Source of the DNA: a virus
Reading direction: 5' to 3' (one strand)
Length of the DNA: 64,000 bases
UHGV virus genome: UHGV-0039337
In this document: in pieces, positions 10,011-19,729 of the stretch
Numbering within the stretch: the first letter of the stretch is position 1
Layout of the letters: the number at the start of each line of letters is the position of its first letter
Notes under the pieces: model-generated
Databases searched by the model: none
What the model was told of the DNA's origin: nothing
What the model saw: only the letters and a program-made list of their open reading frames with translations
Made by a program: the position numbers and the translations under genes

Positions 10011-10823
10011 GTGGTGATCATTATAAAAACGTTTAATGAAATATATGAAAGCTTAAAAAATAAGTTTTATAAAAAAACTGATTTAGATATACAAAAAGGT
10101 AGTGTTATTGATATGTTTATGTCTAGTATTGCAAATGAAATAGAAGAAGCTCATCAAGTTATAGAAGATAATAAAAAACCATATCTATTTACTACTCAAT
10201 CTGGAAATGAATTAGATAGTACGGGATTTTTCGTTTCGTGTCCTAGATACGATAATGAAAGTGATAGCAATTATTTTTCACGTATGATTGAATGGAATGC
10301 TAACAATGCAATGTGCAATTCTACTTCTATAAATAACGCATGTAAGAATCTTAAGTATTCTAAAGCCGCTAATTACGTGGCTTATACTAAAGGTGTAGGA
10401 ACTGCTACTATATATTTAATACCATTAACTTATAGTGAAAAAGATAAAGAGCTATGTTTAAAAGAGGCTCAACAACAGGTTAGTAAAGTAATTAATCCAT
10501 CTTCAAGGGTAGAATTTAAAATACCAGAGCCTCGATATATTAAGCTTGTAGCTTATATTGATATAATAGAAAATGCAGATACTGCTGTTGTAAAATCTAA
10601 TATAGTTAAAAATATTAAAGAATATATAAATGGAATAGCTCCTGGTGATAAAATGTATCTGGGGCAAATAAACAGAATAGGATTAAACTTTAAAGAAGTT
10701 GAATATTTTAACATTGTTCAAGTTTATATAAACGATAAAGAATCTACAGACTTTGAAATATTACAAACTGTAGAAGCTAAGTTTATATTTGACGAATTTA
10801 TATGGTGGAACGTGGAGGGATAG
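10011..10823 (+). CDS. baseplate protein (possibly J-like); start codon uncertain
   Basis: 270-aa ORF. The track start (GTG) lies inside the SD AAAGGTGGTGA, so the true start may be a nearby non-ATG codon. Confidence 0.35.
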   Translation: MVIIIKTFNEIYESLKNKFYKKTDLDIQKGSVIDMFMSSIANEIEEAHQVIEDNKKPYLFTTQSGNELDSTGFFVSCPRYDNESDSNYFSRMIEWNANNAMCNSTSINNACKNLKYSKAANYVAYTKGVGTATIYLIPLTYSEKDKELCLKEAQQQVSKVINPSSRVEFKIPEPRYIKLVAYIDIIENADTAVVKSNIVKNIKEYINGIAPGDKMYLGQINRIGLNFKEVEYFNIVQVYINDKESTDFEILQTVEAKFIFDEFIWWNVEG

Positions 10824-10824
10824 A

Positions 10825-13800
10825 ATGTTTGATTATAATAAAATGATTCAGCGTGCTGTTCAATTTTTTCCTACATGGTCTGATATTAGAAAGAGACATA
10901 AAACATCAACTGGTGGAAAATTAATAGGCTCTACTTTAGAAGAAATATGTGAATTGGAAGATGCTATTAAAGAATATACTAAATATTACTTCCTTGATAC
11001 ATATGAAGGTCATGAAGATGAAATTGTGGCCTTTTCTTATAAATTTGCTATAGGTATTATAGATGATTTAACTACAGTCAATGTAAAATATAAAAAAGAA
11101 AATATAATCATAACTGAAGATATTGATAAACTATTAGCTCATAATTTAATAGCTTATTACGAAGGTGGAAATATCTATATAAATGATAGTATAAATCCAT
11201 CTGATATAAGTATATTTATTAACAAAGATAAAATAGATGCAACTTATGATTTAGTAAGTGTTTGGAATATATTTGATGAATTTGCATGTTTCGTTGATGT
11301 TCAAAGACATCCCGGAGAAACTAATAGCCAGTTAGTTAAAAGAATATTATATAGAACTAGATATAAACCTAATGCATCTATTGAAGGATTACAAAATGCT
11401 ATAATGACTGAACTATTAACAGAGTTTCCTGATATAAACAGAGATGAAATACAAATAGAGCAAGTTAATGATAAGAATTTAAGACAGGCTTATAAAGATT
11501 TTGATACTTTACTTGACTTTTTAAATTCTATAAACTGTGATGTGTATAGATGGAAACGTTGGGATCTTAATGAATGGAAACATAATTTTAAAAGTATAAG
11601 TTATATTCCTACATTATGGAATGAATCTATAACTAATTTTAAAAATGGTATAGGTTATAATGATGACTGCAAAGTATCCATTGCTAGTAATATTCAAAAA
11701 ACAGATGCAACTATTACATTGTATAATAAATCAAAAGAAACAATGAATAAATATTTAGCAGATAAAAAACTAGAGAAAGATATTACGTTTCAATTTAAAA
11801 AATATAATGATATATTAAACTTCAATACTGTTAATTATACAATTCAGGCAGCAAAATTATCTAGGCTATATCCTGAAAAAATCAAGATGAATATGTATCA
11901 AAAAATTAATACGGTTTCAGAAGTTTCTGTGGGTTCAATATTTAAATTCGGTCATGGTATTACACCTAATAGATCAAATTGTATAATAGAAGATGCTTAT
12001 CCTTATAGATTTAAATTTGAACCAAAAAACAACAATAAAGATATAGAAATTAGTGAATGTACGGTTACATACGTTAATACTACTACTAATGAACCAGTAG
12101 AAGTCGTTAATCTATTAAAGAACAAAACAGGGTTTAAAATTAATGCATTCGGTTCATTAGTATCTAACTCTATAAGAAAAAGTATAACTAAAGTAGAAGA
12201 TTTTGATAGTAAGAATTATAATAACTTTAAGAATTTAGATAATAACAAAGGTATACAAATGACAGGTACAGTTGGTACTGGTGTAAAAACATTATATAAT
12301 TTAGGTGGACAAAAAGTATCTTACAATGCATCATGTGAGCCTTCTTTAATTACTAAAGAAATGGATTTAATTGAGCTAGATAGTGTATATGGAGTTTGGG
12401 ATAAAAATAATATAAACTTTTATCCCAATGACTTAAATAAAAAAGCAATAATAAAACTTAAAGCTAACCAATTTTCATTTGATGTTTTGTCTAATAATAC
12501 GGTAGACGTTATGGTCAGATATAACACTAAAGGTAATTACGATATAATAGAAAAAGCTGCATCTGGTACTACTTGGAAAACTAAAGAATTTGATATACCA
12601 CAATATATGGAAATAGTTATATCAAGCAAAGCAAAAGAAAATATTAAGATTGGTAACTTCAAATATTCTAATTACACTGTTAAATTTCAATATAAAACTG
12701 CTAATGACAGTACATATCGTGATTTATATAATAACATATTGCCTATTAATAACAATATAAGTTTTAAAGTTATTGTTTCAAGTTCTAGTGGAAGCAATCC
12801 TATTATTCATGGTATATACATAGGTTCTAATTTAAAAAATACAACATATGTTACAGATAGTTTTCCTCCAAAGAATAATACTTATCGTGAAATAGAAATA
12901 ACTACTAATGCTAAAGTTACTTTAGTTAAAAGAGATATCTTTGATTCTAAGGATGCATTATATACCGAAAACTATGATCCTATAGTATCTTATATAGCAA
13001 AAGATAATGATGCTTATATTCGTCTAGATCTTAGTGAATATTCTAACATAAACAATATTAACACTACTATTGGTCAAATACAAAAAACTGAAGAAAGTGG
13101 AGCAAGTTATTATAACTTACTATTAACTAAAGGACAAGAGATTAAACGTATAACTATAGATGGTATTAAAGATAAGGCTACTTATGAAGTTTCACTTCTT
13201 GATATTGTTAACAAAGAATTAAAAGAACCGTTCAATGTTACTAAAGACACGTTGTATTGTAGTTTGTTAACTAAAGGAGTAATAGTTGTAAAGAATAGTG
13301 ACGATGGGCAAGTACAATTACTTTCTCTTAATAGTTCATTGTTCTACGGTACTGAAGGAGTTAGATATGAGTTTGTTAATATACCAGATAACATAGGTGT
13401 AGTATGGGGCGTGGGAGATGGTTTGTATAGTGATAGTGTTACAGGATCTTTTGATTATGTTTCGTTTTACGAAGAAGGGTCCGTAATACATACTGCACAT
13501 AATTCATATAACTTATTTATTAATGAAATGAAAAACGTTTCTGTAGCTGAAAACTTTACATATCCAGATTTATATAATAATAAATTATTATACTTCTACA
13601 CAGTAACTACTAATACTGATAATACCGGTGTAAGATTTTATAACTATTTAGACGAAGGCAAAACATTTGATGATTTAGTAGATTGGAGCATCGGACTTAA
13701 AAATTTATATATAAAAAATACTAATGACTACAATAATGAATCTATATATAGCATAAGTGTATTAGATTATACTGATAAATGCGTACTTAATGAATATATA

Positions 13801-15993
13801 AACTTAAAAGAATCTTATGATATAACTAATAATAATACTATATATACAGAACAATATATAGTAGTACCGCCTAAAGGAATGACAGTAAGATATAAAACTT
13901 ATGATGGGACAACGCAAACAGAAAAACTATTAAAGACAGAAGTTATTGTTGCTGACGGTACTATGTTTAAAAAGTTACAGTATTCTAATATAGATAAAAT
14001 ATTAAGTATAAAAGCTAGATATAAAAATGACAATGTAGATGTTTATTATAATCTATTAAATGATGAAGGTATTATAGTTTGGAATAAGAAATTTGAAATA
14101 GGTACAGTGATAGAATTAAGTTACACAATAAAAAAACCAGTAGCTTTGGTGTTTGATTTAGATTTATTATATAAATTAACTGGATATACTGTAGAAACAT
14201 ATAAAAAACTTAATACGTATTATTTATCAGACATTGATAATGGTTCTACTTATGATTTACGTAACTTTGATGATTATGAAGATTCTGATTTAGCTTACAT
14301 ACAATGTAAAGAACCTACTTTTGAAAGTCAAATGCTTGATGAGTATATAGTAAAATTTAACAAGCATATGCAAGAAAAGAGTGTATTGGTAAAGACAGGT
14401 TATTATTATTTTAATGGAGTAGAATATTATTTATTTAGTGAAAAAGGAGAAAAACAACTAAAAAATAATCGTTATATAATTTACAACAATGTAGACGTTA
14501 ATGATGAATATTTACATACATATAAACGTAGCAATAACTATGTACGTAATAGCGAAATGTTGACACGTAACATAAATGATTTATATAGTTATGATTGTAA
14601 TATACCAATAGAATCTCCAAAATATAATAAATATACTGCATGTGATTCATATAATAACTGGAATACTTTTAATACAACTTTAACGCTAACAGAAGAATTA
14701 TATATAAAGAGACTGTTAAAAGAGGAAGACTATGAAGGCTTTAATAATGTGGCTTTAAAACTAACTGCTAATAAAACAAATGCAATAAATTACGCTTATA
14801 TAAATATAACAGAAAACATAAGTAATATCACTTATTTAACTCTTGCAGCTACATCAGATTTAACTATATATATTGCTGAGGAGTTTAAACTTGGAAAATT
14901 AGATCCTAAAACTGCTTTATCTATAGTTCCAATATATGAAGTTAAAGCTATACATAACTCATATATAAGAACTTGTAAGTTTAATACTAAACCTGATACT
15001 AGATATTATTTAATTGTAATTGGAGAAGGAGTAATTGACGATATAGTTATGTCAGATTCTTTAGCTAATACCGTTAATTATCATATTAAAAATATAGAAA
15101 AGTTAGGATTCTATTTTAATGAGTCCAAAGTTGAAGGAACTACTTATAAAATGCGTATAGATGACAATTTTAATAGCATAAATAGTGGAGCTAGCTTATG
15201 TAGTGATCATTATATAAGAACCGTAGGTAATATAACATGGAATGCTACTAAAGTTAAAACATATAACACTATGGAGGATTTTTTAAATCCTAATTGTTAT
15301 AAAGATGTAGAATTAATAATATCAGATTATATAAAATCTCCATCTACTACTAGTTGTAGATTTGTAACAGACTATATAGAAATAAATCCTAAAGTTATAA
15401 ATAGATTGTTTGTAAAAGTTAATGACGTATCAATTAATAACATGGACAATTTTAAGATTACATTGTTAGGAACATCTAATAAAAAAGTAAAAGATATAGA
15501 GATAACAACTGTTCATAATCATTTTGCTTTTGCTTATGGCAGTGACTTATTACGTTTTGTTAAAGCACAGATAGAAATACCTGAGAATTATGTGGTAGAT
15601 AAGATTGAGTTCTTAATAGAGTATAAAAGTGATAAAGATAATGCTCCTATTCTTACAGCACCATTAACAGGAAGTGTTATAAGTCCTGTATATGATAGTC
15701 AACAGGCTTTAATTTATAGCGTTAAAAATATAAACATTAACGATATCAGTAATATAAATGATGTAGATATTTATATAAGAGCCATGACTGAAGATAATAC
15801 TGCAGGAGTATGGAGTTTATGGAACAAATTAGAATTAATTAATATGGACGGCAAAGTAATATATGATTCAGTAAACACTAAGAAATTTTCATTTAATAGT
15901 ATGCCTGTAAGATATTTTCAATTTAAAATAGTATTAAAGTCAAGAAGCGCCTATATAAATCTCGACAGTATTGATATCGAGGTGGTGAATTAA
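10825..15993 (+). CDS. giant baseplate/tail structural protein (~1723 aa)
   Basis: Track start 10789. ATG at 10825 is preferred because GGAGGGA sits 5 nt upstream and this removes the apparent overlap with the previous gene. No recognisable catalytic motif. Confidence 0.5.
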   Translation: MFDYNKMIQRAVQFFPTWSDIRKRHKTSTGGKLIGSTLEEICELEDAIKEYTKYYFLDTYEGHEDEIVAFSYKFAIGIIDDLTTVNVKYKKENIIITEDIDKLLAHNLIAYYEGGNIYINDSINPSDISIFINKDKIDATYDLVSVWNIFDEFACFVDVQRHPGETNSQLVKRILYRTRYKPNASIEGLQNAIMTELLTEFPDINRDEIQIEQVNDKNLRQAYKDFDTLLDFLNSINCDVYRWKRWDLNEWKHNFKSISYIPTLWNESITNFKNGIGYNDDCKVSIASNIQKTDATITLYNKSKETMNKYLADKKLEKDITFQFKKYNDILNFNTVNYTIQAAKLSRLYPEKIKMNMYQKINTVSEVSVGSIFKFGHGITPNRSNCIIEDAYPYRFKFEPKNNNKDIEISECTVTYVNTTTNEPVEVVNLLKNKTGFKINAFGSLVSNSIRKSITKVEDFDSKNYNNFKNLDNNKGIQMTGTVGTGVKTLYNLGGQKVSYNASCEPSLITKEMDLIELDSVYGVWDKNNINFYPNDLNKKAIIKLKANQFSFDVLSNNTVDVMVRYNTKGNYDIIEKAASGTTWKTKEFDIPQYMEIVISSKAKENIKIGNFKYSNYTVKFQYKTANDSTYRDLYNNILPINNNISFKVIVSSSSGSNPIIHGIYIGSNLKNTTYVTDSFPPKNNTYREIEITTNAKVTLVKRDIFDSKDALYTENYDPIVSYIAKDNDAYIRLDLSEYSNINNINTTIGQIQKTEESGASYYNLLLTKGQEIKRITIDGIKDKATYEVSLLDIVNKELKEPFNVTKDTLYCSLLTKGVIVVKNSDDGQVQLLSLNSSLFYGTEGVRYEFVNIPDNIGVVWGVGDGLYSDSVTGSFDYVSFYEEGSVIHTAHNSYNLFINEMKNVSVAENFTYPDLYNNKLLYFYTVTTNTDNTGVRFYNYLDEGKTFDDLVDWSIGLKNLYIKNTNDYNNESIYSISVLDYTDKCVLNEYINLKESYDITNNNTIYTEQYIVVPPKGMTVRYKTYDGTTQTEKLLKTEVIVADGTMFKKLQYSNIDKILSIKARYKNDNVDVYYNLLNDEGIIVWNKKFEIGTVIELSYTIKKPVALVFDLDLLYKLTGYTVETYKKLNTYYLSDIDNGSTYDLRNFDDYEDSDLAYIQCKEPTFESQMLDEYIVKFNKHMQEKSVLVKTGYYYFNGVEYYLFSEKGEKQLKNNRYIIYNNVDVNDEYLHTYKRSNNYVRNSEMLTRNINDLYSYDCNIPIESPKYNKYTACDSYNNWNTFNTTLTLTEELYIKRLLKEEDYEGFNNVALKLTANKTNAINYAYINITENISNITYLTLAATSDLTIYIAEEFKLGKLDPKTALSIVPIYEVKAIHNSYIRTCKFNTKPDTRYYLIVIGEGVIDDIVMSDSLANTVNYHIKNIEKLGFYFNESKVEGTTYKMRIDDNFNSINSGASLCSDHYIRTVGNITWNATKVKTYNTMEDFLNPNCYKDVELIISDYIKSPSTTSCRFVTDYIEINPKVINRLFVKVNDVSINNMDNFKITLLGTSNKKVKDIEITTVHNHFAFAYGSDLLRFVKAQIEIPENYVVDKIEFLIEYKSDKDNAPILTAPLTGSVISPVYDSQQALIYSVKNININDISNINDVDIYIRAMTEDNTAGVWSLWNKLELINMDGKVIYDSVNTKKFSFNSMPVRYFQFKIVLKSRSAYINLDSIDIEVVN

Positions 15994-17853
15994 TTGATTC
16001 AGTATAATAGCAGAATAACGGTTAATAAAGGCATAAAATTTTATGAACAAGATATTATGTATGATGACTATTTATATTCTGATAATATAGACATAACCTT
16101 GAATTTGGAATATGCAAATCCAGGTTTTGGAATTGCTCTCATAAATAGTGGGGGCAATTCTATTATAAATAATAGTTTTATAATGTTTAAGCTAGGTAAT
16201 GGTATTTTTGAAATAATACAAAAAGATATAAATAATCATTTATCTGTTTTGTTTTCTACATCAGCTTCTTCAGCGAAACCATATACAAATGATTTACTCT
16301 TTAAAATCAGTAAGAGAAATAATAGCTATACCTTTACAATAGGTAACCTAGAATTAAAGAACATATCCTTGTCAACAGAAATTAACAATTATATAATAGG
16401 CTATTATTCTAATAAGGATAATGTTATTAAGTCAATTAATATAGCTTCTTCTATTCCTTATGATTGGAACGTAAATATGAGGAACACTGGTGGAGGATAC
16501 ATAAACTTTGTAAGAGATGGTTTTGAATTGAGTAACTGTAAATCAAAAGCAGAGATAGAACAGTTAAATATTTCTTTAGAAAGAGGAACTTATTATTTAA
16601 AATATATTGAGAGCAATAACTGTGATATACAATCTTATGTTTTTAGTTCTCAGGACGAAAGACTAACTGATGAAGAAAAAAACATATTAAATAAAAATAA
16701 CCAGTTCACATTACAACAGCCTACTAATGTCTCTCTTAAATTTACAGGAACTAAAGGTTCTATATCATATATATGCATAACAACAGAAAGTGATAATGAT
16801 TATATAAGAACGAATATAGAAAATGGACAGTATAAAGAAATACTAGGAAGTAGTATAAAGTTTTTATTATCTGATATAAAGTATTTTGAGTTTTTTGCTA
16901 CTATTAATAATGCACCGGGAAACGATCATTATCATCCAATGGAATATAGTATTATAGAAATAGGCGGACAAACATATGGGTTATATGATTTAATGATATC
17001 AGAAACTGTAGAATATAAATATGTCTATGATTCAGGTACTATTAACATATATGATCAAAATAATATAAAACATTGGATGCAAACAACAAATCTTAGCAAT
17101 TATATATCGATATTCAATAATGTAAGTGGATACATTCATGATATAAAAATAATAGATAATAACAACAATGAACATTATATAGGAGTACATAATGAAATTA
17201 CTAAATATGTTCCAGGTTTAATACAATCACCTATAATCGTATTAGATAAAGCTAGAGATGATGAGAACGCAATTCCTCTTGATTTGTCTTCAAGTTATAG
17301 AGTTATTGATAAAGCTAATGGACCATATTATTACTTTACAAATGTAGAAAGAGAATATTTTAAAGCTAAACATCATTTAACATTAGAGAAGCTGCCATTA
17401 CAAGAAAGAGGTAGTGTTAAAATATATCTAATAGATAAAGACGCTGTTTTCAATCTTGATAAATTACTTTGTATTCCCGATAAAGGAAAAAACGTTATAA
17501 TGGATACTATAGATATGTGTGTTGATGGACAATACTTAACAATAACTGAAGATGAATATAATAGCTTTGGTGTAGTACTATATAGAGAAACTGGAGAAAT
17601 AATTTTTAATGCTGATTTAAGTGAGTATAGTTATATTATTGTAGATTATATGAAAAACGATTCATACGCTATTAACTTTGACTATGAGCGCCAAGCATAT
17701 TCTGTTGATGTATCTACTATTAATAAAACAGTAAGTGTTATATATGATAACATAGAAACAACTATAGGATCATATGAGTATATCAATGAACAACAATTTG
17801 TTGATAGTAAAATAATTCCTTCTGAAAATTGTTATATAGTTATAGGTAGATAA
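15994..17853 (+). CDS. tail/baseplate structural protein (619 aa)
   Basis: TTG start preceded by GAGGTGGTGA; abuts the previous stop. Confidence 0.45.
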   Translation: MIQYNSRITVNKGIKFYEQDIMYDDYLYSDNIDITLNLEYANPGFGIALINSGGNSIINNSFIMFKLGNGIFEIIQKDINNHLSVLFSTSASSAKPYTNDLLFKISKRNNSYTFTIGNLELKNISLSTEINNYIIGYYSNKDNVIKSINIASSIPYDWNVNMRNTGGGYINFVRDGFELSNCKSKAEIEQLNISLERGTYYLKYIESNNCDIQSYVFSSQDERLTDEEKNILNKNNQFTLQQPTNVSLKFTGTKGSISYICITTESDNDYIRTNIENGQYKEILGSSIKFLLSDIKYFEFFATINNAPGNDHYHPMEYSIIEIGGQTYGLYDLMISETVEYKYVYDSGTINIYDQNNIKHWMQTTNLSNYISIFNNVSGYIHDIKIIDNNNNEHYIGVHNEITKYVPGLIQSPIIVLDKARDDENAIPLDLSSSYRVIDKANGPYYYFTNVEREYFKAKHHLTLEKLPLQERGSVKIYLIDKDAVFNLDKLLCIPDKGKNVIMDTIDMCVDGQYLTITEDEYNSFGVVLYRETGEIIFNADLSEYSYIIVDYMKNDSYAINFDYERQAYSVDVSTINKTVSVIYDNIETTIGSYEYINEQQFVDSKIIPSENCYIVIGR

Positions 17854-17864
17854 GGAGTGAATTT

Positions 17865-19724
17865 ATGAAAATATACCCTAGTAAACATAATATTAAATCA
17901 ATACCCACATCTAAAGTAGACACTGATTTAAATATACCGTTAGCATATATCAATGTAGATTATACAAAAAATAAAGTTTCTAAATTAGTTGATGCTAATT
18001 TTTCAGTAAATAAGAAAACCATATTATATCCTGAACAGATATTTAGTAATAAAGAATTTAAAATATTTAATAAACTAGAAGAAGAAATAACTAATAAAGA
18101 TAACTTATTTTATTATACGAATGAACAGTATATGTTTTATCCAAATAATACAGTAAAGTTTAATCCTAAAAAGTTTGTATGGAAAGCTACAGTAAAACGA
18201 AATTTCACATACAGTATTTCTAATACATATAATATAAACATAGGATGCAAATACAATGAAGATCTTAATAAAAGATTAATAAGTGCTTTTATGAATCCAT
18301 CAGAAAGGGATTTATTAGTGCATAGTAATATAAAAATCAATAACAATGAGACAAACTATTCTACATTCTCATCTTTAGAAGATAGTAATATAGATTTTAT
18401 GTTTATCAAAAGTCATAATTGTAAACATTACGATAGCAAACAAACATTAGAAGTAGAAACTGATAGCTTTCTTAAAAGTCATACAAATATATGGTTCGGT
18501 TGTGAAGATGCCGTAGCTTTAAATGAAAGTTATAAAATGCTATTAAGCACAACTCCTGTATCATTTAAAATAGCTAATCCTATCATAACAAAAGAATGTA
18601 CCATAGATTCTTCTTATTATTTTGATTTATCTACTATTAATACTCCTGTAGGTATTACAATTCATAACATATTTGATACTACACTCGTTCCAGCTTTAAT
18701 ATTAGAATATGAAGGTTTTGGTTTTGTAGTCATTACATCATATACTGTATTAAATGAACCATTAAAATATGAAAGTTTTATGTATGAAATTATGATGTAT
18801 ATATACACAAGAGCATATAAGTCTACAGAATATGTAAATGATTGGATAACATATAAATTACCTGACTACGAAGTAAATGACGGAATATATTCTATTAAAT
18901 CAGGGTTTGTATCTAAAAAGAGTATAGTATCTCTGTTAAATTTAACTGATGATTATAACTTAGTTAGTATGGATATAAAAGACGATGATACTATTCGTAC
19001 ATTATTATCTGAAGAAAATGCAGATTCTACTAATGGCACTATAGTATGTACTGGACAAAACAATGGTAGACCTATATTTGCCATTAATGGTATATTAACA
19101 GGTTATATAGAACCAGATAAACCTATTGGTTGGAAAAGTATTTACTGTAATGGTTATATCTATTATTTAGAGAAACTTTATTATTTAATAGAGGAAGATA
19201 TAACTAATAAGATTATAATAGCAGAAAAGGATGACAATTTAATAGTTAAGCTATATGGTTTTAAGTCTAGTAAGTTTAATATTAATAAACAGTCTGACAG
19301 TACACTGCAAATACCTTATATAAAAACAGATGGTGAATTAACACAACGTATTAAAGAAGCAGAATATACTGTATATTATAAAAAACCATATGATAAGATT
19401 GGTTTTTGTTATGCTGAAGATTACGTAGAAGATGAAAACAAATATAAGTTATTTAATGTAATAATAGAACAAACAGATGAGTCGATAGAAGTTTATGACA
19501 TGAGACAATTGGGTGGCGGATTATCAGAAGAAGAACCTGATGATTTTGAACTATTGGACATAGGACATATAAATGGTAGACCTTATAGAGTAGCAGGTGC
19601 GTTAGTTTTAACTATGCCTACTAAATATAAAGAATATGATAAATATATACAGAAAGCAATAAATAAATATAAAACAGCTGAAGATTATATAGCTGTATTT
19701 TATAAAGATAAGGAGGATGAATAA
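17865..19724 (+). CDS. tail/baseplate structural protein (619 aa)
   Basis: ATG after AAGGAGTGA. Confidence 0.45.
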   Translation: MKIYPSKHNIKSIPTSKVDTDLNIPLAYINVDYTKNKVSKLVDANFSVNKKTILYPEQIFSNKEFKIFNKLEEEITNKDNLFYYTNEQYMFYPNNTVKFNPKKFVWKATVKRNFTYSISNTYNINIGCKYNEDLNKRLISAFMNPSERDLLVHSNIKINNNETNYSTFSSLEDSNIDFMFIKSHNCKHYDSKQTLEVETDSFLKSHTNIWFGCEDAVALNESYKMLLSTTPVSFKIANPIITKECTIDSSYYFDLSTINTPVGITIHNIFDTTLVPALILEYEGFGFVVITSYTVLNEPLKYESFMYEIMMYIYTRAYKSTEYVNDWITYKLPDYEVNDGIYSIKSGFVSKKSIVSLLNLTDDYNLVSMDIKDDDTIRTLLSEENADSTNGTIVCTGQNNGRPIFAINGILTGYIEPDKPIGWKSIYCNGYIYYLEKLYYLIEEDITNKIIIAEKDDNLIVKLYGFKSSKFNINKQSDSTLQIPYIKTDGELTQRIKEAEYTVYYKKPYDKIGFCYAEDYVEDENKYKLFNVIIEQTDESIEVYDMRQLGGGLSEEEPDDFELLDIGHINGRPYRVAGALVLTMPTKYKEYDKYIQKAINKYKTAEDYIAVFYKDKEDE

Positions 19725-19729
19725 GGCTA

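Noticed and set aside
10789-10823. Apparent 35-nt overlap between the 10011 and 10789 ORFs, suggesting a programmed frameshift
   Set aside because: An in-frame ATG at 10825 with GGAGGGA 5 nt upstream gives a conventional non-overlapping start; the overlap is an artefact of taking the longest ORF. The same logic applies to 63138 versus 63195, 24734 versus 24770, 42019 versus 42052 and 58180 versus 58201.
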